The translations under genes and the position numbers were made by a program. Shown here piece after piece: positions 9,096 to 18,554 of a stretch of 64,000 nucleotides of DNA. The notes under the pieces are model-generated. The model was not told the origin of the DNA and did no database searches. It was given only the letters and a program-made list of their open reading frames with translations. The stretch comes from Nannocystis bainbridge (lineage in GTDB: Bacteria > Myxococcota_A > Polyangia > Nannocystales > Nannocystaceae). Each line of letters starts with the position of its first letter. The first letter of the stretch is position 1. Location of the stretch: assembly GCF_028368995.1 (NCBI RefSeq), contig NZ_JAQNDL010000004.1, positions 352,001 through 416,000 of the forward strand, given 5' to 3'.

Positions 9096-10148
9096 TCAGT
9101 TGCCGGCGGGCGGGGGCGCGGAGGTGGTCGGCGGCTGGCTGCTGGCCGGGGGCTCGCCGCCGGCGGGCGGGGGCGCTCCGGCCTCGTTGCAGTCCTCGGA
9201 GCCGACGTAGTCCGGGTGGCATGGGTCGCTGATGTCCTGCACCTTGGGCGCCGCGGCGCCGCCGGTCTGGCTGACCGGCTTCGACCAGTTCACCTCGGTC
9301 TTGGCGAAGGTATTGGTGTTGCCGGCGTCGAAGATCTGCTCCTCGTTGACGTAGCTGTAGAGGTAGCGCTGGTCGGTGGCGAACAGGGCGGTGATCGTCG
9401 ACTGCTTCTTGACCTCGTGGCTGCCGCTCGAGGTGGTGGTGATCTCGGTCTCGTCGGTGTCGGTGATGAGCCGCGCGACGGTGATCGGCGGCTCGCCGGT
9501 CTGATAGAAGCCGTCGACCTTGCTGGTGACGGTGCCCTCGGAGTAGCGGCCGAGCTTGCCCTTGCGGCCGCGCTTCTTGTCGTCCTTCCAGGTGTCGCCG
9601 GCCTTGAGCGGGCGCGCGGGGACGGTGAGGAAGGCGGTCTCGAGGGCGTCCAGGGCCTGCTGGAGGACGACGCGGAGCTCGGCCGAGAGGTCCTCGGGGA
9701 GCTCGGGCATGTGGAGGATCTTGCCGGTGTCGTCGACGCTGAAGTCGACCTCGAGGCCCTGCAGCTGCTGGCCGGCGGTCCGGTTGAACTCGGCGACGCT
9801 GATCGGGAAGCTCGGCGGGAGGCTCCACTTGATCTGGACGGCGCTGAAGCGGGCAGTGACGGCGGTGCCGCCGTGGGCCTCGTCGGCGCCGCGCACGGTC
9901 AGCGTGAGATCGAAGCTGAAGCTCTGGGAGGAGCTGGTGGCGCTGGTGGCGGCGCGGATGGTGGCGCTGCGGCGCACGCTGCCCTGGTAGACCTGGCCCG
10001 CGGTGAGGTCGTAGCGCAGCGTGATGCCCTCGGCCGGCGCCTCGACCTTGGTGAGGCCGGGGCCGGTCTTGCACCCGGGCAGCGACGGAGCGGCACAGAG
10101 GACGAAGGCGAGGAGCCAGCGAGGGGCGCGAACCATGGCCCGGAACAT
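9096..10148 (-). CDS. Hypothetical exported protein / lipoprotein
   Basis: Signal peptide ending LPGC, beta-rich body, Pro-rich tail; normal codon usage. Confidence 0.7.
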   Translation of the reverse strand: MFRAMVRAPRWLLAFVLCAAPSLPGCKTGPGLTKVEAPAEGITLRYDLTAGQVYQGSVRRSATIRAATSATSSSQSFSFDLTLTVRGADEAHGGTAVTARFSAVQIKWSLPPSFPISVAEFNRTAGQQLQGLEVDFSVDDTGKILHMPELPEDLSAELRVVLQQALDALETAFLTVPARPLKAGDTWKDDKKRGRKGKLGRYSEGTVTSKVDGFYQTGEPPITVARLITDTDETEITTTSSGSHEVKKQSTITALFATDQRYLYSYVNEEQIFDAGNTNTFAKTEVNWSKPVSQTGGAAAPKVQDISDPCHPDYVGSEDCNEAGAPPPAGGEPPASSQPPTTSAPPPAGN

Positions 10149-10192
10149 ACGCGGGCGCGTATCGCACGGTCAACCGGCGGCGATCCGACGCC

Positions 10193-11632
10193 TCAGCCGC
10201 CCGCAGCCGCGGCCGGGACGAAATCCGCCGTGGCTGCAGCAGCTTCGGCCCGGCGCTCGTCGGCCTCCTCCAGCCTGCGCTTCTCCTCCTCGGGGTCGGG
10301 CGGGCCGATCGGCCGCTCCTGAAAGAAGGCCTGATCGGGCGGGAGGCTCGAGTCGCGGACGTGGACGACGACGCTGCGCTCGAGGTCGGCGGGCAGGTAA
10401 CCAGTCCAGCCGGCCGGCAGCGCGGGGGCGACCCACTCGAACAGCCAGCGGGCGTCGAGCGGGGCGAGGTTGACGCAGCCGTGGCTGCGCCGCTTGCCGA
10501 ACTGGTCGTGCCAGTAGGCGCCGTGGAGCGCGTTGTGACCCTGGAAGAGCATGACCCAAGGGACATGTTCGACCATGTACGGGTTGTCCTCGTAGTCCTG
10601 GTTGGCCATGGTCATGCTGGCGACCTTGGCCCAGATCGGGTAGTTGCCCTTCGGGGTCGGCGAACCCTTGCCCGAGCTGACGAGGGTGACGTAGACCGGC
10701 CGCGCGCCGCGGTAGGCGACGAGGACCTGCTCGCCGAGGTCGATGTCGATCCACTGGTCGTCGCCGCTGGCGAGCCGGTTGTCGCGCAGGGCACCTTCGG
10801 GGATCGGCGTGAACACGACCTCGTTGAGGTTCTTGGCCTGGACCCATCGACCCTCGCCGATCTTCCACCAGCGCGCGGGGTCGGCCTCACCTGACTCTTC
10901 GAGCAGGTCGACACGCTCGCGCAGGCCGAGAGTGCCGACCTGGGCGGCCTTGAGATCGGGCTCGGCGAGCACGGGGGTCTTGTCGCGCGAGGACCAGGCG
11001 AAGGCAGGGCCGACGCCGGCGTCGCCGGCGAGGAAGACGCCGCGCCAGGCCGAGCCCTGACCGAGCCAGCCGACCGCGGACTTGCTGACGAGCGCGCCGT
11101 CGACGGTCTCGACGTAGGCGCCGCCGTCGACCTCGAGGGTGCGCGCGACGGCGAGGTTCATGCCCTCGCTCAGGCTGCGCGCGGCGACGCCGGTGCGCAC
11201 GCCGTCGACGCCGCGGTACATGAGGGCGCCGTCCTCGCGGACCTTGGTGTAGTCGAAGGGCAGGCGACGCTCGCCACGCATGCGGTCGGCGAGCGCGTGG
11301 CCGACGGTCGGCTGGTCGCGCGCGGGTTTGACGTGCTCCGAACAGACGTAGCCGAACGGATAGACGGCGTACCACGGCTTGCCCTTGCAGCCGCTGCTGT
11401 CACGGCTGGCGATCTGCCCCCGCACGACCAAACGTGTCCCTTTGGACATGGTGGCGATCCGCTTGCTCGGCGCCCACGGGCGGGTGCGAATGCCGGTCTC
11501 GGGCCAGTGAGTCTCGACGATCGCGGCGGGCGCCGCGTCGACCTTGATGCCCTCGCGCGCCTCGTCCACGGGCTCGAGGCGGCCGAGCGCGGCGAGGGTG
11601 CGGAGGGCGGTCCAGGCGACGAGGAGCTGCAC
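10193..11632 (-). CDS. L,D-transpeptidase (YkuD family) with N-terminal SH3-like regions
   Basis: WIDIDLGEQVLVAY, VSSGK...TPKG, ALHGAYWH...SHGCVNL catalytic motif. Confidence 0.88.
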   Translation of the reverse strand: MQLLVAWTALRTLAALGRLEPVDEAREGIKVDAAPAAIVETHWPETGIRTRPWAPSKRIATMSKGTRLVVRGQIASRDSSGCKGKPWYAVYPFGYVCSEHVKPARDQPTVGHALADRMRGERRLPFDYTKVREDGALMYRGVDGVRTGVAARSLSEGMNLAVARTLEVDGGAYVETVDGALVSKSAVGWLGQGSAWRGVFLAGDAGVGPAFAWSSRDKTPVLAEPDLKAAQVGTLGLRERVDLLEESGEADPARWWKIGEGRWVQAKNLNEVVFTPIPEGALRDNRLASGDDQWIDIDLGEQVLVAYRGARPVYVTLVSSGKGSPTPKGNYPIWAKVASMTMANQDYEDNPYMVEHVPWVMLFQGHNALHGAYWHDQFGKRRSHGCVNLAPLDARWLFEWVAPALPAGWTGYLPADLERSVVVHVRDSSLPPDQAFFQERPIGPPDPEEEKRRLEEADERRAEAAAATADFVPAAAAGG

Positions 11633-11714
11633 GGCGAGACGCTACCACGGCCGCGCAGGCGGACCGCAAAGTCGACCACGCGCGAGGGGGCACGAGGTAT
11701 TCCAGCGCGCCGGC

Positions 11715-13298
11715 TCAGGAGCCGGAGCCGGCGCCAAGGACAGGCAGCGGGAACTTGTTGCGCCGCTCGGCCGCCTTGCCGCGCCGCCGCGCCCACGCGG
11801 CCTCGTCGCCGAACTTGAGCGGACGCGCGAGGGGAGGCGTGGCCTCGAAGGCACGGATCCAGTCGGCGTAGCGCGCGCCGGCTCGCACGGCCTGGATCGC
11901 GGCGTGGCCGGCGTCAGGGCCGCGCTGGGCCAGGAAGTACTCGATGTGGGCCCAGCGCGGCGACTGCGGCCGGATCTCGACCTTGCCGGCGAGACCGCTG
12001 CGGATCCGTCGCAGACGCTCCTCGGCCGCCTTGACGCCCATGAAGGCCTGACCGTCGAGCGGGGTGTTGCGCTTGGGGACGAAGGTGGAGAAGGTCAGCG
12101 CGAGACGGCCGATGCGGGCCAGCTCGCGGGCGAAGCGGATGAGCTCGTCGACGTCGGCGTCGGTCTCGCCGGGGGCGCCGATCATCTCGTAGACCTTGAG
12201 GCGGTGGAAGCCGTGCTCATGCACGAGCTTGGCGGCGCGCAGGATGTGCTCTTCCTTGATCTTGCGATCGAGCAGCAGCCGCATGCGCTCGCTGATGCCG
12301 TCGGAGGCGACGGTGATGGTGCGGTGACCGCTGCGCTGCATGTCGCGCAAGAAGGTGGGCGTGAGGCGATCGGCCCGCATGCTGGAGATGCTGACCGAGC
12401 GGCCCGACTCGACCAGGCTGGCGACCAGCGACTCGAGGTCGGGGTGATCGGTCACGGCAGCGCCGACCAGACCGACCTTGCGCGCTTGCTCGGGCACGAG
12501 GTCGAGGACGCGGTCGACCTCGACGAGGCGCATGCCGCCGCCCGGCTGGATCCGCATGACGCAGAAGGCACACTGACGCGAGCAGCCGCGCTCGGGCTCG
12601 ATCAAGAACATGTCCGCGAGCTCGGTGTCGGGCGTGAGGATCGCGGAGTACGCCGGGACGCGCTCCTTGCTCGCCCGCGCCGGCTCCGGCAACTCGTGGA
12701 ACAGGCCGGGGACGAGCTCGCCGACGATGGTGTGCGGCAACTCGGCGGCGGCGGCGATGGCGGGCTCGCGGCGTCGATGCGCGAGCAGTCGGTCGATGGC
12801 GTCGGGCAGGACGTCCTCGGCCTCGCCGGAGATCAAAAGATCGGCGAAGGGGAGCAGGCTGCTGGGGTTGGAGAAGGTGAGGGGGCCGCCGAAGATGAGG
12901 ATCGGGTCGTGTTCGCGGCGCTCGGCGGCGAGGACCGGGATACCGGACCCTTCGAGCAGGCGGACGAGGCCGGCGAGCTCGAGCTCGTAGGCGACCGAGA
13001 TGGCGACGACGCGGTACGACGACAGCGGTCGCTCGCCCTCGTAGGTGAGGATCTGTCGGCGCGGCTGCGGCCAGGGCAGCGCCATCGGCTCCCACGCGTC
13101 GGGCAAGAAGGCCCGGTGCGCGCCGAACTGCAGCTCGTGCAGCAGGCGGTAGAGGGTCTGGAAGCCCAGGCTGGACATGCCAGCGCGATAAGGGCTGGGA
13201 TAGGCGAAGGCGACCTCGGAAGGTCGCCCTACGCCCAGAGTCCCGATCTCACGGTCCAGACGAGCCCGCAGCAGGGCTCGCTCGTCGCTCACGGCCAT
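11715..13298 (-). CDS. Radical SAM protein with N-terminal B12-binding-like domain
   Basis: ERGCSRQCAFC (CxxxCxxC), FGGPLTFSNP, MIGAPGET, FVPKRNTP. Confidence 0.85.
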   Translation of the reverse strand: MAVSDERALLRARLDREIGTLGVGRPSEVAFAYPSPYRAGMSSLGFQTLYRLLHELQFGAHRAFLPDAWEPMALPWPQPRRQILTYEGERPLSSYRVVAISVAYELELAGLVRLLEGSGIPVLAAERREHDPILIFGGPLTFSNPSSLLPFADLLISGEAEDVLPDAIDRLLAHRRREPAIAAAAELPHTIVGELVPGLFHELPEPARASKERVPAYSAILTPDTELADMFLIEPERGCSRQCAFCVMRIQPGGGMRLVEVDRVLDLVPEQARKVGLVGAAVTDHPDLESLVASLVESGRSVSISSMRADRLTPTFLRDMQRSGHRTITVASDGISERMRLLLDRKIKEEHILRAAKLVHEHGFHRLKVYEMIGAPGETDADVDELIRFARELARIGRLALTFSTFVPKRNTPLDGQAFMGVKAAEERLRRIRSGLAGKVEIRPQSPRWAHIEYFLAQRGPDAGHAAIQAVRAGARYADWIRAFEATPPLARPLKFGDEAAWARRRGKAAERRNKFPLPVLGAGSGS

Positions 13299-13320
13299 GT
13301 GTGGAGTCTAGCCGCGCCGC

Positions 13321-14313
13321 CTAGAAGCGCAGCGCGAAGGAGCCCGCAGCGCCGCCGCCGGGCAGGGGCGCCGCGCCGAGGCCGGTGACCTCGAGCCGCT
13401 TCTTGCCGGCGTAGAAGCCCTTGCTCTTCTTCTTGTTGGAGCGATCGATGGCGATCATGGCGATGCCACCGACCAGCAGCGCGCCGCCCGCCGCGATGAG
13501 GATCGGCGTGACGAGGTTGAGGGTCTTCAGCGAGTTGAAGTCGTCGTCGACGTCGCTGTTGTACTGACCCTGCGGGAAGGTCGAGATGAGGTTGCCCGAA
13601 CCGGCGGCGGCCTCTTCGATGCCGGTGGCCCGATTCTTGGCGCCCACGAGGGTGCCGATGCCGCCGCCGACAGCGCCGACGCCGAGCACCGCGAGCACGA
13701 CGCCGCCGATGAAGAGACCGGAGACGCCGCGCTTCTTCGGCGCGTCGTCCTCGTCCGCGCTGCTGCTGTTGTTCTTGCGCTTCTGCAGCAGCGGGTCCTC
13801 TTCGTCGGTCGCCGGACGCGACGAAGTGTTGTTGTTATTGGTCGTCGGCGTGGGCGCAGCCGCAGAACCACCGGTGACGCACTCCGGGTTGTTCTCGGAC
13901 TTCTGCAGCAGGTCCTGGGCCTTCTTGCGCAGCTCGGCGTTGTTCTGCTCCTTGACGAGGAACAGCTCGAGGTACTGCTTTACGCGGGCGCAGTCCTTTA
14001 GCTCCCACGCGTCCTGGCCGATGTTGAAGGCGAAGATGTGCTTGTCGGGCGCGAACGCGTAGGCCTGCTCGAACCGGATGACCGAGTTGTAGTAGTCCTC
14101 GCGGTCGTGGGCCGCCTTGGCCTCGCCGAACAGCCGCTTCGCCCAGTTGAGCCGATCTTCCTGAGAGAGCGTGCTCGGGTCGGGCGGAGCTTCGGGCTGG
14201 ACGCCGTTGCCGCCCGGCGGCGGCGGCGGCGGCGGACCGGCCCAGGCGACCGAGGTGGGCAGCGCGAGGGTGGTGCAGAGGAGGGCAGACAGCGAGGCGC
14301 GCAGGATCGACAT
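13321..14313 (-). CDS. Exported TPR-like protein with C-terminal membrane segments
   Basis: Signal peptide, helical repeat (FEQAYAFAP..FAFNIGQ), two TM segments, C-terminal ...FALRF. Confidence 0.65.
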   Translation of the reverse strand: MSILRASLSALLCTTLALPTSVAWAGPPPPPPPGGNGVQPEAPPDPSTLSQEDRLNWAKRLFGEAKAAHDREDYYNSVIRFEQAYAFAPDKHIFAFNIGQDAWELKDCARVKQYLELFLVKEQNNAELRKKAQDLLQKSENNPECVTGGSAAAPTPTTNNNNTSSRPATDEEDPLLQKRKNNSSSADEDDAPKKRGVSGLFIGGVVLAVLGVGAVGGGIGTLVGAKNRATGIEEAAAGSGNLISTFPQGQYNSDVDDDFNSLKTLNLVTPILIAAGGALLVGGIAMIAIDRSNKKKSKGFYAGKKRLEVTGLGAAPLPGGGAAGSFALRF

Positions 14314-14338
14314 GGGCGGGTCGTTTCTCTCGGGTGGC

Positions 14339-14992
14339 TCAGCCGAACGGATCGGCGACTTCGCTCTTCTTCTTGGGCTCGGTCTTCTTGGCGCCGCCGC
14401 CACCACCGCCACCGCCGCCGGTCTTCTTGACCTTCTTGACCGTCTTCTTGGCGTCGGCGTTGGCGTCGGGATCCGGCTGGCCGGGCGTGACGCCAGGCTG
14501 CGCGGGCGGAGCGTTGGGATCGACGGGCTGGCCCGGCGTGCCGACGCCAGGCTGACCCGCGACGTTCGGCTGACCGGGGATCGGTTGACCCGGGACGTTC
14601 GGCTGGCCGGGAAGCGGCTGGCCGGGCTGATTGGGCGCGACCACCGGCGGCTGGACCGGCGTGGGCTCCTTGGTCTCGATCTTGGCCGGCGCGGGCGGAG
14701 GCGGCGGCGGCGGATCGGGCTTCAGGAACATCGCCAGCCCGACAGCGATGCCGGCCACTGCGAGACCACCACCGAGCGCGATCGCCAGGATCGGCTTCGG
14801 AGGCGGCGGGGCCTCCTGCACGGGCGCAGCGTAGGTCTCAGCCTGCGGGGGCGGCTCCGGCGGCGGAGGCGGCGGCGGAGGCTCGGGCTCCGGCACCATG
14901 GTCGGAGTCATTGCAAGCTCGTCGACGAGCTGCCCGAGCAGGTCGTCAAACGCATCGGCGTTGCCGGATGTGGTCTTCTTGGGTGCAGCCAC
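14339..14992 (-). CDS. Pro/Gln-rich single-pass membrane protein
   Basis: One TM, PGQP repeats, Lys-rich tail; AAGGAG RBS before the GTG. Confidence 0.65.
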   Translation of the reverse strand: MAAPKKTTSGNADAFDDLLGQLVDELAMTPTMVPEPEPPPPPPPPEPPPQAETYAAPVQEAPPPPKPILAIALGGGLAVAGIAVGLAMFLKPDPPPPPPPAPAKIETKEPTPVQPPVVAPNQPGQPLPGQPNVPGQPIPGQPNVAGQPGVGTPGQPVDPNAPPAQPGVTPGQPDPDANADAKKTVKKVKKTGGGGGGGGGAKKTEPKKKSEVADPFG

Positions 14993-15091
14993 GGTGCCTC
15001 TCCTTCAACGGAGCCGAGAGCGGTTGGTCGATGTTAGCCTCTCGGGCAGGAGCGATACAAGGGTTTGCAGAACCGCGGCGGCGAATGATGT

Positions 15092-16060
15092 TCACCGCGC
15101 GGCGGATTCACTGGCGAGGCCAAGGCCAGTCTGCGCGCTCGCCAGTGCGCAGACGAGGGATTCCACACGGTCGATGAGCGCGGTCAAACGCGGGCGGCTG
15201 GGCCGGATCGGCGCTCCGGCGGACGACGCGAACGCGGCGAGCTCCGGCCACACCGCGGATCTCGCCTCGTCCATGTAGAGCGCGCGATTCACCTCGAGCT
15301 GCAACGCGTGCTGACTGGCCTCCGGTCTGCCGAACGAGCGCACGAGTTCACCGCCGCGGTAGGGGTCGTTCAGGCGCACGGAGAGCGCTGGCCGACCGTC
15401 CGCAGACGCGTGCAGCGCCGCGAGCGCCCGCTGCTGCAGCGCCGGGCTGCACGCGCCGCCCTCGTAGGTGCCGAGGATCAAGTCGCCGGGGACGCTGCTC
15501 GGCATGCTGTGGGCGTCGAGCAGGATCGCGTGGCCGAAGCGGGCCCGCCGGCGCGCGAGCAACACGGCGAGCGCCCGGTGGTAGGGCAGGTAGTAGCGGC
15601 TGAGGCGCTGCGCGAACTCGGCGTACGACAGCGGGCGATCGAGGATGGGGATGTTGCCGACGGCGTTGCCCCACACGACGCCGCGGTTCCTGGCCTGGGG
15701 TCCGCACCAGCTGCGGCGATCGGGGCGCGGAGCGGGATGATCCGGGACGATCTCGGGACCCACGTCGTCGGGGGCTCGGTTGAGGTCGACGAGGAGCCGG
15801 CTGTACTCGGCGCGCACGACGGCGGCCCCGAGGGCGGCGGCGCGGCTGTAGAGCAGGTGGACCTCGTAGTCGGCGTTGCGGGCGAACTCCACCGGCGGAC
15901 GGGCTCGCGTGGCGTCGTTGGGCCAGGCGAGGCCGACGTGCGGGAGGCTGATGACGAGCGGGGTGATGCGCTCGGCCGGGATGAACCGAAATGGCAGCGG
16001 CGTGCCCGATGGGTGCCCGACGTCCTCGGGGCCGAGCTGCTCGAGCGCGGGTTCGGTCAC
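15092..16060 (-). CDS. N-formylglutamate amidohydrolase family protein
   Basis: SLPHVG, SRLLVDLNR, YLPYH, LDAHSMPS, NDPYRGG, HALQLEVNRALYMDE. Confidence 0.9.
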   Translation of the reverse strand: MTEPALEQLGPEDVGHPSGTPLPFRFIPAERITPLVISLPHVGLAWPNDATRARPPVEFARNADYEVHLLYSRAAALGAAVVRAEYSRLLVDLNRAPDDVGPEIVPDHPAPRPDRRSWCGPQARNRGVVWGNAVGNIPILDRPLSYAEFAQRLSRYYLPYHRALAVLLARRRARFGHAILLDAHSMPSSVPGDLILGTYEGGACSPALQQRALAALHASADGRPALSVRLNDPYRGGELVRSFGRPEASQHALQLEVNRALYMDEARSAVWPELAAFASSAGAPIRPSRPRLTALIDRVESLVCALASAQTGLGLASESAAR

Positions 16061-17898
16061 GAATCGCTCCAGCGCCGGCCGGACCAGGCTTCGAAGCGCC
16101 CGCGGGCGGCAAGATCGGCGTCGGCGATCCGCTCGATCTGCGGAGCCCCGCGCGCGGCGGCGAAGGCGAGCGAGATCGTCGACACGCGCTCGCGCCGGCT
16201 GACCAGCAACTCCGCGGGTGCGCCCGGTTGCAGGTGATCCCAGACGCGGGCGGCCCGGGCGGCTCGGACCCGCAGCCAGCTGCCGTCCTGGCGGCGCGCG
16301 GCCAACAGCTCGTCGCCGGAGGCCAGACCAGCGCGCTCAGCGGGCGAGTCGGTGCGCACGAATTCGACCCAGGCGCTGCCACCACGGTCCAGGATGGTGA
16401 AGCCGGGATCGACGAGGCCGGGCTGAACTGGCTTTTCGGACAGGCGAAGGCCGAGCAGCGCGAGCCCGGTGAAGTCCAGCTCGGTCGGTCGAGACCAGAG
16501 TGCGCGAATGGCGCCCGGGACCTCTGCGAGGCCGCTTTTCTCCCCTAGAATCTGCTCGAGAGCGTCCACCCTAAAGCCTGGATAGGAATAGGTATTTGTC
16601 GTGGAAGGTCCGCGTGTTTCACGGTCGCCGGGGCCGCGGCGCCAGAGCTCGGCGAGGACAGCATCGAGGCCGTTGCCGGAGGGTTGCAACTCGCGGAGCC
16701 AGAGGTCGAGGAGCAGGGCGACGAGGCTACCCTTGAGGTAGTAGCTGACCGAGGCGTTGGGGCTGTCGTCCTGTGGGCGGTACAGCTTGATCCACGCGTC
16801 GAAGCTCGACTCCTCGAGCGACTGGACCAGGCGGCCCGGGGTGTCGCGCAGGCGAGCGATGGAGTCGGCGAGCCGCTGGAGGTGGGCCTTGACGCTGATC
16901 TCGCCGCTGCGCAGGACGAGCAGGCCGTCGTAGTAGCTGGTGAAGCCTTCGGCGATCCACAGCTCACGGGTGTAGTTCTCGCGGCCGTAGTCGAACGGGC
17001 CGAGCGCGAGCGGGCGCAAGCGCTTGACGTTCCAGGCGTGGAACAGCTCGTGACTGGCGAGCTCGAGCAGGTCGTAGACGCCGGCCTCGCTGTCGTCGTC
17101 GCGGTCGAGCGTGCCGGCCTGGATGCGCCGCGCAGCGGGCGCCCACCAGTCCGGCTCGACGCCGAGGACGCTGCCGGAGAGGTGCTCGAGGCCGCCGCGA
17201 GCGCCGACGGCCGCGTGGACGAGGAAGGTGTAGTGGTCGTAGGGGCGCGCGGGCCAGAAGCGCTCGACCTGGTCGACGACGCGGGCCAGGCGTGGGAGCA
17301 CGAACTCGGGCAGCGGCTCGCCCCACACCGCCAGGCGCACGTGCTCGCACGGGGCCGGGAGGGTGGTGACGGCGAGCAAGCCGGCCTCGATCGGGGTGTC
17401 GAAAAGGGCGTCGAGGTCGGGGAGATCGAGCTCGAAGCGGCCGGGGCTGTGGCGCTCCTGGCGGGCGGGATCGGCGGCGAGGCTGATCGCGGACCAGCCA
17501 GGGAGCAGATCGACGGCGACGCGGAACGGGCCGGCGTAGCCCTCGGGCACCAGGAACAGCTGCGGCGGGTGGAGATAGGCGTGGCTGGCGTCGTGATGGG
17601 CGGTGCGGACGCTGAGGTCGTGGGCGTAGACGCTGTAGTCGACGACGATCCGCTCCCCCGGCTGGCTGGCGAGCTCGAACCGGTCCTTGGCGATCTTGCG
17701 GATCTCCCGCGGCGCGTCGTCGACGGTCGCGGCGATCGAGCGGACGTTGCGCGCGTACTCGCGGAGCACGTACGAACCGGGGCTCCAGGCCGGCATCCAG
17801 AGCTGGCAGATCTCCCCGCCCGCGGTCAGCTCCAGGCGGACGTGGACGAGGTGCGCCCCTGGCTGCGGAAACGTGATGCGGTAGGCGACGAGATCCAC
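16057..17898 (-). CDS. M61 glycyl aminopeptidase with C-terminal PDZ domain
   Basis: MPAWSPGSY, GGLEH, HELFHAWNVKRLRP, LWIAEGFTSYY, SYYLKG, SPAERAGL. Confidence 0.92.
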   Translation of the reverse strand: MDLVAYRITFPQPGAHLVHVRLELTAGGEICQLWMPAWSPGSYVLREYARNVRSIAATVDDAPREIRKIAKDRFELASQPGERIVVDYSVYAHDLSVRTAHHDASHAYLHPPQLFLVPEGYAGPFRVAVDLLPGWSAISLAADPARQERHSPGRFELDLPDLDALFDTPIEAGLLAVTTLPAPCEHVRLAVWGEPLPEFVLPRLARVVDQVERFWPARPYDHYTFLVHAAVGARGGLEHLSGSVLGVEPDWWAPAARRIQAGTLDRDDDSEAGVYDLLELASHELFHAWNVKRLRPLALGPFDYGRENYTRELWIAEGFTSYYDGLLVLRSGEISVKAHLQRLADSIARLRDTPGRLVQSLEESSFDAWIKLYRPQDDSPNASVSYYLKGSLVALLLDLWLRELQPSGNGLDAVLAELWRRGPGDRETRGPSTTNTYSYPGFRVDALEQILGEKSGLAEVPGAIRALWSRPTELDFTGLALLGLRLSEKPVQPGLVDPGFTILDRGGSAWVEFVRTDSPAERAGLASGDELLAARRQDGSWLRVRAARAARVWDHLQPGAPAELLVSRRERVSTISLAFAAARGAPQIERIADADLAARGRFEAWSGRRWSDS

Positions 17899-18102
17899 GC
17901 CAGGCAGGATAGCAAGGTGGTCCGGGCCGACGAATTTTTCGCGCCGGCGTCACCGTTCGGGTTCCCCGGAAAATCGCCGCGAAGCGGGTTCCAAGGAGAT
18001 ACGGCCGACGCTTCGACCCGCGCGCCCCCGAGCACCGTCGCTGGTGTCCGGGTGGGTCACCCGCCGGCCTGCTGGTCCTCCGACCTCAACGTGTGACCCA
18101 TC

Positions 18103-18137
18103 ACGCCGCAGCGAGCAGTCGCTGCGGCGTTTGTTTT
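18103..18137 (+). terminator. Intrinsic terminator hairpin on the + strand
   Basis: ACGCCGCAGCGA-gcag-TCGCTGCGGCGT followed by TTGTTTT. Confidence 0.7.
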
Positions 18138-18165
18138 GGGTCGCTCGGCGATGCGACCAAAAGGC

Positions 18166-18198
18166 GAAAGCCCTCAGCGGAGTGCGCTGAGGGCTTTC
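18166..18198 (-). terminator. Terminator hairpin downstream of the tRNA pair
   Basis: GAAAGCCCTCAGCG-gagtg-CGCTGAGGGCTTTC, 14-bp stem, followed by GCCTTTT on the minus strand. Confidence 0.7.
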
Positions 18199-18202
18199 TG
18201 AG

Positions 18203-18274
18203 TGACCCTGTCGGGACTTGAACCCGAGCTTTCGGCGTGAGAGGCCAACGTCCTAACCGCTAGACTACAGGGCC
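18203..18274 (-). tRNA. tRNA-Glu (CTC)
   Basis: Reverse complement GGCCCTGTAGTCTAGCGGTTAGGAC...anticodon loop CT-CTC-AC...GGGTTCAAGTCCCGACAGGGTCA folds as a cloverleaf; CCA not encoded. Confidence 0.92.
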
Positions 18275-18295
18275 AGAAACTCTCGGACGTGGTAG

Positions 18296-18366
18296 TTCGG
18301 GGACAGGGATTCGAACCCCGATAGGCGGTACCAGAAACCGCAGTCCTACCATTAGACGATCCCCGA
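18296..18366 (-). tRNA. tRNA-Gln (CTG)
   Basis: Reverse complement TCGGGGATCGTCTAATGGTAGGACT-GCGGT-TTCTGGT-ACCGC...GGTTCGAATCCCTGTCCCCGAA folds as a cloverleaf. Confidence 0.92.
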
Positions 18367-18454
18367 AGAAGGGCGAAGCGCCGGAGAGGGGGTGTTGGTG
18401 GGTTCGAACCTTTCGGTCTGAACCGCGCCCCTGGGCGCGTCCGAGGTGCGGGGG

Positions 18455-18483
18455 AAGATGCTCCAAGCCTCGGCGGGTGTCAA
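18455..18483 (-). promoter_or_regulatory. sigma70-type promoter of the tRNA operon
   Basis: Minus strand TTGACA-17 bp-CATCTT, upstream of tRNA-Gln. Confidence 0.7.
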
Positions 18484-18554
18484 GCATGATTTGGAAGCGA
18501 CGGCGATGTGCGGATGGCGCGACAGTCGGAGGGAGGCCATGTAAGGTTTCGGCC

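Noticed and set aside
7201-10566. 1121-aa minus-strand ORF and similar long Arg/Ala/Pro-rich ORFs (e.g. 54115-57555, 45469-49374, 22018-24105)
   Set aside because: Alternate-frame or antisense shadows of well-supported genes, with no recognisable motifs
14540-14630. PGQP-coding nucleotide repeats
   Set aside because: Ordinary low-complexity linker of the Pro-rich membrane protein
18203-18366. tRNA pair as an integration site for a mobile element
   Set aside because: No integrase and no duplicated tRNA 3' end seen in the window
18388-18431. GGTTCGAACC T-loop-like sequence upstream of tRNA-Gln as a third tRNA
   Set aside because: No cloverleaf or anticodon arm; reads better as a leader hairpin (ACC-GAAA-GGT on the minus strand)
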